35,714 bases of DNA from Hyphomicrobiales bacterium (GTDB taxonomy: Bacteria; Pseudomonadota; Alphaproteobacteria; Rhizobiales; Beijerinckiaceae). The position numbers and the translations under genes are program-made. The DNA is taken from contig JANNFV010000614.1 in the NCBI GenBank assembly GCA_031380285.1, positions 1-35,714 of the forward strand, given 5' to 3'. This document shows, piece by piece, positions 17,660 to 24,458 of this stretch; the stretch's first letter is position 1, and every line of letters starts with the position of its first letter. The notes beneath the pieces were generated by a model. That model did not search any database. It was not told the origin of the DNA and was given only the letters and a program-made list of their open reading frames with translations.

Positions 17660-17803
17660 TCATACGCGTTGAACCTCTATCCAGCTGGCTGGAAAATTGG
17701 AAAGCACCAGTTTCACCAGCGCGTGGCGCATGTCGATGATCTGATCGGGACGCGAGCGGAACAAATCCGTAGCTCCCATCGCAAGCACCTCTTTGGGACG
17801 CAT
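17660..17803 (-). CDS. candidate 47-aa small ORF in the AT-rich gap (function unknown)
   Basis: It is below the track size cut-off. My translation is MRPKEVLAMGATDLFRSRPDQIIDMRHALVKLVLSNFPASWIEVQRV. GGAGG lies 7 nt upstream of the ATG (17811..17815 on the plus strand). I recognise no homology. Confidence 0.25.
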   Translation of the reverse strand: MRPKEVLAMGATDLFRSRPDQIIDMRHALVKLVLSNFPASWIEVQRV

Positions 17804-18070
17804 CAAACCGCCTCCATCGCCGACACAACCCCAATGGAATCACGCTGTTGCTCCAATGGCAATTCGCCGGAAAACAAATGTTCAAACGCCACAAACCGGC
17901 GAATGCAAATCAGCCGAAACTGGAAAATAATCAACACTGTCAGTACGTTGGAGGTTATTTACGGACGACTCGTTAGTCCCGAAAGAAGATGGATTTTCGA
18001 TTTCTGCGGGCGCGGTGATCGCTAAAACACTGAAATCATGACAATCGATTTTGTTCCGTGAGGAGTCGAT

Positions 18071-18100
18071 CCCGCCCGCAGGGCGGGGATAGGAGTTTTT
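18071..18100 (+). terminator. GC-rich hairpin followed by a distal T-run (possible terminator inside the gap)
   Basis: CCCGCCC GCA GGGCGGG forms a 7-bp stem with a 3-nt loop. It is followed by GATAGGAG and then TTTTT. The T-run starts 8 nt after the stem, so it is not canonical. Confidence 0.25.
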
Positions 18101-18241
18101 CAACTGAATGCGCCAGAAGCCGACGTTTCGGCTCCAACCGGAGATTTGCGAAGTCCGATATACAATACGCTTCGATGGTGCTGGCCGCAGCGGTTCAAAA
18201 AAACCTACCACCTTTTCCGGGGGCGAACTCTGCCGACGGCC

Positions 18242-19267
18242 TCACCGAATGGGCGGCGCGTATTGCAACCCGCCTTTGGTCCACAGGTTGTTCGGCCCAC
18301 GGGGAATGGCGAGGCGCGTGCTGGCGCCCAGATGCCTCTCGTAGCTTTCGCCATAGTTTCCGACGGCCTTGACGATGCGCACGACCCAATCGTTGCTGAG
18401 GCCGAATTGCTCGCCGAACTTGCCTTCGCCGCCGAGCAGGCGCTTCACCTCGGGGTTGGCGCTCGACCTCGCCATCTCCTCCACATTGGCCTGCGTGATG
18501 CCGAGTTCCTCGGCGTTGACCATGGCGAAGAGCGTCCAGCGCACGATGTCGAACCATTGGTCGTCGCCCTGGCGCACCCAGCCGCCCAGCGGCTCCTTGG
18601 AGATGATCTCCGGAAGCACCACGAATTCATCGGGATTCGGGAACTTGAGCTTGTTGGCGGAGAGCGCCGAGATATCGGTCGTCCAGGCGTCGCAGCGTCC
18701 GGCGACGAAGGCCGATGAGGCTTCGGTGGAGGTGGCGAAGGCGACCGGCTTGAACTCGATCTTGGCGGATCGACCGTAGTCGGCGAGATTCAGTTCACCC
18801 GTCGTGCCCTGCTGGATGCAGACAGAGGCGCCGCCCAGTTCCTTCGCGCTCTTGAGGCCTGCGGATTTGCGGACGAGAAAACCTTGACCGTCGAAGTAGT
18901 TGATGGCGGTGAAGTTGAGGCCGAACGCGGTGTCACGCGATGACGTCCAGGTCGTGGTGCGGGCCAGCATGTCGATCTCGCCGGATTGCAGCACCAGCAG
19001 CCTGTCCCGTGCGGACAGGGACTTGAAGCGGGCGGCGTTCGGATCGTTGAATATCGCCGCCGCGACCGCCCGGCACCAGTCGATGTCGAAACCGGACCAC
19101 ACGCCGTTCTGGTCGGGCAGCGAGAACCCCGGCACGCCCTCGCTCGCGCCACAGGAAACGTAGCCCTGGCGCTTCGTCTTTTCGAGCGTGCTGCTCTGCT
19201 GGGCCATGGCGGGCGCGGTCAGGACGAGAGCCGCGGCGGCGGCGAATGGAGCGATGGTGCGGCGCAT
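18242..19267 (-). CDS. amino-acid ABC transporter substrate-binding protein (AapJ/BztA general L-amino-acid type)
   Basis: Track ORF 18242..19339. I trimmed the start to MRRTIAPFAAAAALVLTAPAMAQ, which follows GAAGGAGG. The body (GYVSCGASEGVPGFS...GFDIDWCRAVAAAIF...DMLARTTTWT) is typical of AapJ-like proteins. Confidence 0.9.
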   Translation of the reverse strand: MRRTIAPFAAAAALVLTAPAMAQQSSTLEKTKRQGYVSCGASEGVPGFSLPDQNGVWSGFDIDWCRAVAAAIFNDPNAARFKSLSARDRLLVLQSGEIDMLARTTTWTSSRDTAFGLNFTAINYFDGQGFLVRKSAGLKSAKELGGASVCIQQGTTGELNLADYGRSAKIEFKPVAFATSTEASSAFVAGRCDAWTTDISALSANKLKFPNPDEFVVLPEIISKEPLGGWVRQGDDQWFDIVRWTLFAMVNAEELGITQANVEEMARSSANPEVKRLLGGEGKFGEQFGLSNDWVVRIVKAVGNYGESYERHLGASTRLAIPRGPNNLWTKGGLQYAPPIR

Positions 19268-19280
19268 GGTCAGGCCTCCT

Positions 19281-20504
19281 TCAGGCGGCGGGCTTGGATT
19301 GGGTTGGCTGAATGTCCGCGACCCGGCGGACGTGGTCAAACGCGGCGTCGAGGTCGGCGATCAGGTCGTCAGGATCTTCAAGGCCGATGCTCAGGCGGAT
19401 AAGCTTGCCGTCCGTCCACCGCGTCGCCGTGCGCCCGGGCGCCGGATCCTGAGGAGCCACCACGCGTCTGGCCGAACCCCAGCTCGCGCCGAGCGCGAAG
19501 AGGGTCAGCGCGTCGACGAAAGTGTTCTCGAGACCCTTGAGATCGTCTGCCAAAAGGAACGAGAAGACGCCGCTGGCTCCCATGAAATCCCGTTTCCACA
19601 GAGCATGGCCGGGATCGTCGACCAGACCGGGGTGCAGGACGCGGCCGACATCCGCCAACCCGTCCAGATGCCGCGCCACGCGCAGCGCCGTGGCGGACGA
19701 CCGCTCGACCCTGAGCGGCATGGTCTGCAGCCCACGCAGAACCAGTGAACAATCGTCGGGGCTGACGCCCAGGCCGAAGAGCCGCGTCATATCCTTGAGG
19801 CGGCGGTAGAGCCCCTCCTGACGCATGGCGATCGCGCCCATCAGCACGTCGCCGTGGCCGGACGCATATTTGGACAGCGCTTCGATCGTGAGATCGACGC
19901 CATGGCGGAAGGCGTCGAAATGCAGAGGGGTCGCCCAGGTCGTGTCCGCTGCGACAATCGCGCCACCGGCATGCGCGGCGGCGGCGATGGCGGGGACATC
20001 CTGCATCTCCATGGTGTTCGAGCAAGGAGACTCGACCAGAACCAGCCTTGTCGCCTTCCGTAGCAGCCCGGCGATACCCCCGCCAATGCAGGGATCATAG
20101 AACTCGACATCGACGCCCCAGCCTGCGAGCCACGACGACGCGAAGCCGCGGACAGGGCCATAGACGCCATCGGGGAGCAGCACATGCTCACCCGGTTTCA
20201 GGAAGGTCGTGAAGACAAGGCTCAGCGCGGCTTGGCCGGAAGGGGCGAGCAGCGTACGCGACGCGCCGGAGAGCGCATTGAGCTGATCCTCGAGAGCCTT
20301 CGAGGTTGGCGTTCCGAACAGGCCGTAGGTGTAGCCGTCATAGAAGTCGCCGTAGCGCGCGTCGAAGCTCGCGGCATCCGGGAAGACGACCGTCGATGCG
20401 CGGACGACCGGCGTCGACAGGCCCGTGAACGGGTTGCGCCGGGACGACGCCACAGGTTGGACCGCGACGGTGGCCGGCTTCGATGATCGAGCGATACGTC
20501 TCAT
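19281..20504 (-). CDS. metC: Cys/Met-metabolism PLP-dependent lyase, cystathionine beta-lyase-like
   Basis: The PLP-lysine motif ALSKYASGHGD is present. The N-terminal VVRASTVVF and C-terminal IRLSIGLEDPDDLIADL blocks are typical of the MetC/MetB family. Confidence 0.85.
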   Translation of the reverse strand: MRRIARSSKPATVAVQPVASSRRNPFTGLSTPVVRASTVVFPDAASFDARYGDFYDGYTYGLFGTPTSKALEDQLNALSGASRTLLAPSGQAALSLVFTTFLKPGEHVLLPDGVYGPVRGFASSWLAGWGVDVEFYDPCIGGGIAGLLRKATRLVLVESPCSNTMEMQDVPAIAAAAHAGGAIVAADTTWATPLHFDAFRHGVDLTIEALSKYASGHGDVLMGAIAMRQEGLYRRLKDMTRLFGLGVSPDDCSLVLRGLQTMPLRVERSSATALRVARHLDGLADVGRVLHPGLVDDPGHALWKRDFMGASGVFSFLLADDLKGLENTFVDALTLFALGASWGSARRVVAPQDPAPGRTATRWTDGKLIRLSIGLEDPDDLIADLDAAFDHVRRVADIQPTQSKPAA

Positions 20505-20584
20505 GATGTCACCGTAGGCTGGACAAAGCTATGGAATCCAATGTTCAATCACGCTGATCCTATGCATTCATGTTATGAACCCTG

Positions 20585-21484
20585 ATGAAGCTTAACGAGA
20601 TCGAAGCCTTCGACGCCGTGATGCGCACCGGATCGACCATGCGCGCGGCGGATCTGCTGGGCATTTCGCAACCCGCGATCAGCCGGGCGATCGCGCGGCT
20701 CGCCTCGTCGAGCCGGCTCGCCCTTTTCAAGACCGTCCGCGGCCGCCTGGTGCCGACGCCGGAAGCTGAGTTGTTCCACGGCGAGGTGCGGGCGGCCTTT
20801 GCCGGCCTTGACCAGTTGAGGTCGAAGGCGGCGGCGATCCGCGAGTTCGGCTCGGGCACCGTCAAGGTCGCTTGCTTCCCGGCTCTCGGTCTGTCCTTCA
20901 TGCCGAAGGTCGTCAGGCGCTTCCGCGAGGTCGAGCCCCATGCGACGGTCACGCTCAACATCCTCGGTTCGGCCGCGACCCGCGATCAGGTGGCGGAAGG
21001 CCGCTATGATTTCGGGCTCTGCGCCGACGAGGTTGATACGACCCATGTCACCTCCCAGAATTTCATGACGCCCCACGCCGTTTGCGTCATGCAGAAAGGG
21101 CATCCATTGTCGAGGCTTGCGTTGATCGGCCCGAAGGATCTCGCGGATCATCCGTTCATCGCGCTCTCGCCCGAGGACACCGTGCAGCGTCGGTTGCTGC
21201 GGCTTTGCGCCGAGGCCGATATGGAACTCAAGATCGTGGTCGAGACGCAATATTCCGAGACCGTTTGCAATCTGGCGCTTGAGGGCGTCGGCGTCGGCAT
21301 CGCCAATGCGATTTCGGTGAAAGCGAGCGGGTTCGAGCAACGCGGCATCACTGTCAGGCCTTTCGAGCCCACGCTCAGCTTTCGTGCATTGCTGCTGACG
21401 CATCCCACAAGGATCAGGTCGGCGCTCGCCGACCGGTTCCTGACCTGTCTTTTCGATGTCAGGAACCAGCTGGGCGCGGGCTGA
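20585..21484 (+). CDS. LysR family transcriptional regulator
   Basis: The N-terminal HTH is MKLNEIEAFDAVMRTGSTMRAADLLGISQPAISRAIARL, followed by a LysR substrate-binding domain. The gene is divergent from the lyase gene across an 80-nt gap. Confidence 0.92.
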   Translation: MKLNEIEAFDAVMRTGSTMRAADLLGISQPAISRAIARLASSSRLALFKTVRGRLVPTPEAELFHGEVRAAFAGLDQLRSKAAAIREFGSGTVKVACFPALGLSFMPKVVRRFREVEPHATVTLNILGSAATRDQVAEGRYDFGLCADEVDTTHVTSQNFMTPHAVCVMQKGHPLSRLALIGPKDLADHPFIALSPEDTVQRRLLRLCAEADMELKIVVETQYSETVCNLALEGVGVGIANAISVKASGFEQRGITVRPFEPTLSFRALLLTHPTRIRSALADRFLTCLFDVRNQLGAG

Positions 21485-21493
21485 AGCGGTCCT

Positions 21494-21940
21494 TCAGGAC
21501 TTCGGTGGAACCTTCTCGATGAGGTCCAGCGCCTTCTTCATGTTGTCGCCGGCGCTCTTGTCGATGACGTCATAGGCGGCCTTCTCCGCCCTGATCCTGC
21601 CGAGCAACTCCTTCGCCTTGGCCACGCCGGTAGCGTCCTTCGGATTGGCGATCGCCTCCTCCAGTCGCTTGATCTCGCTGGTCAGGAACGCCGGCTGGCC
21701 GCCGATCACCTTGAAGGCGTCATTCGTCATGGAGCGGATCTTGAGCAGCATGCGGACATCGCCCTGCTCGATTTCGGCATTGGCGCGCTCCAGCGCCACC
21801 CGGGCCTCGACGCCCAAGGGACTGGTCATGTCCTTCGCAGCCGCGACCTCCTGGAATTTCGCGTTCTCCTTGGTGAAGTCGTGGGCGTATGCAGCCCCCA
21901 GGCAGAACACCATTCCGGATAACACCAAAGCCATGCGCAT
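21494..21940 (-). CDS. secreted, predicted all-helical protein of unknown function
   Basis: Track ORF 21494..21967. I trimmed the start to MRMALVLSGMVFCLGAAYA, which follows GGAGGAGGAA. The predicted mature N-terminus is HDFTKE. The sequence is rich in Ala, Lys and Glu. It lies 162 nt downstream of the kinase gene on the same strand. Confidence 0.75.
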   Translation of the reverse strand: MRMALVLSGMVFCLGAAYAHDFTKENAKFQEVAAAKDMTSPLGVEARVALERANAEIEQGDVRMLLKIRSMTNDAFKVIGGQPAFLTSEIKRLEEAIANPKDATGVAKAKELLGRIRAEKAAYDVIDKSAGDNMKKALDLIEKVPPKS

Positions 21941-22102
21941 GTCGGTTCCTCCTCCAGGAGGTCCCATCTGACCGCGCGCCGCTCCTCTTGCCTAGCGACA
22001 GAGAGCGGGCATCCCTATTCTGAAACGCATAGGCTTAAGGTGCCATCGCCCTGCGCCGGGCCAGCTCGCGCATTTGCAAAGCTCAGGGGCGCTGACGGTG
22101 CC

Positions 22103-23530
22103 TCAGCGGCGAGGCGCGGACCTGATCGCAGGCGCAGAAGCGTGTTCGCCTTGGGATACCCGGTCCAGGGATAAGCCAGCGGCTTTCACCGGCAGGCGAA
22201 GCAGCGCCGAAAGACCTCCCTCGATGCGGTTCGCCAGCACAACGTCGCCGCCATGCGCACGCGCAATGGATCGTGCGATGGTCAGGCCGAGGCCGACGCC
22301 GCCGGTCTCCTTGCTCCGCGATGTCTCGATCCGCAGGAAGGGGTCGAACACGCTCTCCAGCTTGTCGGAAGGCACGCCCGGGCCATCGTCCAGCACGACC
22401 AGCTCGGCGAAGGAGCCGTCACGCCGCGCCTCGACGCGCACGGAGCTTGCGTACTTCAATGCATTGCCGATCAGGTTGCAGATGGCCCGCTTCAGCGCGA
22501 GGTGCTGGCCCTCGACCGGCAGGCTCTCCGCGCCGCTGAACGCGATGTCCCGACCGGCGTCCCTGGCGTCGTCAACGCAGGTCTGCGCGATGGACGACAG
22601 ATCGAGCAGCCGTCGGGTCTCCATGCTCTCGCCGGATTTCAGGAACTCGAGCGTCGAGTCGATCATCGCCTCCATTTCGATGAGGTCCGCGTCGATCTGA
22701 TCCCGTATCGCCGTGTCGTTCAGGAGCTCGGACCGAAGGCGCACGCGCGTGATGGGCGTCCTGAGGTCGTGGGACACCGCTGCGAGCGCCTGGGTGCGTT
22801 CGCCCACCAGCTTCCGGATACGTTCGCGCATCCTGTTGAATGCCTGCGCGGCGCGGCGGACTTCGGACGGTCCCGATTCATCGAGAGGCTCCGGCTTGCC
22901 GTCGAGGCTGAAGCGCTCGGCCGCCAGCGCGAGGTCGCGCAGGGGCCTCGTCACCCATGCCAGCAACAGTGCCGCGATCACGATGATCACCACGGCGAGA
23001 CAGAACGTGAGCGCCAGCAATGCGGGGTCGAAGTGCGGCACGAGGCCCAGCCGCGGCGTCGAGAAGTTGACCCAGCTCTGATCCTCGAGGCGCATCGAGA
23101 CCAGCAGCATGTGGCGATAGGGCTCCGCCTCGCCCGACGTGATGGCGCCGTCGTCAGCGAAGCCGATCCGAAAGGCTTCGGCGGCAAGATCGGGGACCAA
23201 CTCCTTCAGACGCTCGGCGGTGGCCTTGGCGCGCTCGGTCAAGGGGGCATTGGCGAGCACGAGACTGACCTGGCTCCAATGAACCTCGAGGCTGCTGCTG
23301 GACAGCGCGTGGGCCGCCCGGTCCCGCTCGGAGGTGTTCGGGATGTTGGCGACCGCGCGCTTGATCGAGACGAGGCGCTCGGCAAGCGCCCGGTCCTGCG
23401 CCCTTTCGGCAACCGCGTTCACGCCGATACGATAGGCCCAGTAGCCCATGACATGCACCGCGATGAGCGCCGCCACCAGGATCGCGACGGCACGGGTGAC
23501 GACGGTGTCGGGAACCAGGCGCTTGAGCAT
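22103..23530 (-). CDS. sensor histidine kinase (two TM segments, periplasmic domain, HAMP, HisKA, HATPase)
   Basis: The H-box is AAVSHDLRTPIT, the N-box is NLIGNALKY, and the G-boxes are DDGPGV and GGVGLGLTIA. The start codon overlaps the regulator stop codon (TGATG at 23528..23532). Confidence 0.92.
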   Translation of the reverse strand: MLKRLVPDTVVTRAVAILVAALIAVHVMGYWAYRIGVNAVAERAQDRALAERLVSIKRAVANIPNTSERDRAAHALSSSSLEVHWSQVSLVLANAPLTERAKATAERLKELVPDLAAEAFRIGFADDGAITSGEAEPYRHMLLVSMRLEDQSWVNFSTPRLGLVPHFDPALLALTFCLAVVIIVIAALLLAWVTRPLRDLALAAERFSLDGKPEPLDESGPSEVRRAAQAFNRMRERIRKLVGERTQALAAVSHDLRTPITRVRLRSELLNDTAIRDQIDADLIEMEAMIDSTLEFLKSGESMETRRLLDLSSIAQTCVDDARDAGRDIAFSGAESLPVEGQHLALKRAICNLIGNALKYASSVRVEARRDGSFAELVVLDDGPGVPSDKLESVFDPFLRIETSRSKETGGVGLGLTIARSIARAHGGDVVLANRIEGGLSALLRLPVKAAGLSLDRVSQGEHASAPAIRSAPRR

Positions 23531-24318
23531 CAGCCCCCCGCCTGTCCACCGGTCGTGAGTCCGGTCGTGATCTTGGGCGTAAACGTGATCTTGGGCGTAA
23601 ACATGTACCCAGCCCCGCGGATGGTCTTGATCATGCGGCTGTCCTCCTCGCCATCCGATAACTTGCGGCGCAGCCGACTCACCTGCACGTCGATGGTCCT
23701 GTCGAAAGGATCGGCAGCGCGCGTCTTGGCAAACTCCATCAGCATGTCGCGGGACAGGACGCGATTGGCATGCTCGACGAAGGCCACCAGCATGTCGAAC
23801 TCGCCGGAGGACAGGTCCACGAGCACACCTTGCGGCGAGGTGAGCTCCCGTCGTCTGAGATCGAGCGCCCAGCCGTCGAAACCAACGACGTCCGACCCCG
23901 TCGGCTGCGAGCTCGCGGGCCGACCGCGCATGCGGCGCAAGACGGCACGAACCCGCGCCAGCAACTCCCGCGGGCTGAAAGGCTTGGTCACATAGTCATC
24001 TGCTCCGACGTCGAGACCGGCGATCCGGTCGCCCTCGTCGCCACGCGCGGTCAGCATGATGATCGGCACCTGGGTCGTCGCGCGCGCCTCGAGGCAAAGA
24101 TCGAGACCGCTCTCTCCCGGAAGCATCAGATCGAGGATAATCAGATCGACGGGTGTCCGAGCCATGATCTCGCGCATGACACGCCCGTCCGGCGCTCCCG
24201 ATACCCGATAGCCATGACGCTGCAGGAAGCGCGAAACCAGCAGCCGGATCTGCGGGTCGTCGTCAACAACCAGAATATGTCCGTGGTCGGCTGCAGGCGA
24301 TATGGCTTGGTCTGCCAT
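23530..24318 (-). CDS. OmpR-family response regulator with an unusual repeat-derived C-terminal tail
   Basis: Track ORF 23530..24648. I trimmed the start to MADQAISPAADHGHILVVDDD. The receiver domain carries DLIILDLMLPG and KPF. The winged helix carries IDVQVSRLRRKL and IKTIRGAGYMF, and is followed by TPKITFTPKITTGLTTGGQAGG. Confidence 0.92.
   Translation of the reverse strand: MADQAISPAADHGHILVVDDDPQIRLLVSRFLQRHGYRVSGAPDGRVMREIMARTPVDLIILDLMLPGESGLDLCLEARATTQVPIIMLTARGDEGDRIAGLDVGADDYVTKPFSPRELLARVRAVLRRMRGRPASSQPTGSDVVGFDGWALDLRRRELTSPQGVLVDLSSGEFDMLVAFVEHANRVLSRDMLMEFAKTRAADPFDRTIDVQVSRLRRKLSDGEEDSRMIKTIRGAGYMFTPKITFTPKITTGLTTGGQAGG
23549..23606. repeat. two adjacent tandem micro-duplications inside the 3' end of the regulator gene
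   Basis: CCGGTCGTGA occurs at 23549..23558 and again at 23561..23570. TCTTGGGCGTAAACGTGA (23571..23588) is followed directly by TCTTGGGCGTAAACATGT (23589..23606). Confidence 0.85.
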
Positions 24319-24458
24319 TTTGGCGAAGCTTTCAAATTTCAGCGTTGATCCCAGGAATACAGCGTCTCTGTGCAGAATGTATCGCAACAATTTGTAACAG
24401 ACGCGGCAGATGGTGGTTGGTATCTGGCAGGCCTGATGGATGAATCGGGAGTCTGCCC

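Noticed and set aside
17355-18211. Three 109-179-aa ORFs in the AT-rich gap (17355..17894 -, 17609..18025 +, 17882..18211 -)
   Set aside because: They have no ribosome-binding sites. Their composition is Cys/Arg/Ser-rich and unlike the neighbouring proteins. They overlap one another. I treat the gap as non-coding or degraded, apart from the small ORF reported separately.
20573-21403. 276-aa minus-strand ORF opposite the LysR gene
   Set aside because: It is antisense to a gene with an unambiguous LysR HTH, and its composition is Arg/Asp-rich.
22253-23995. 580-aa plus-strand ORF (and nested ORFs) across the kinase and regulator genes
   Set aside because: It is antisense to two genes with complete kinase and receiver motif sets. 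Its composition is low-complexity and it has no start context.
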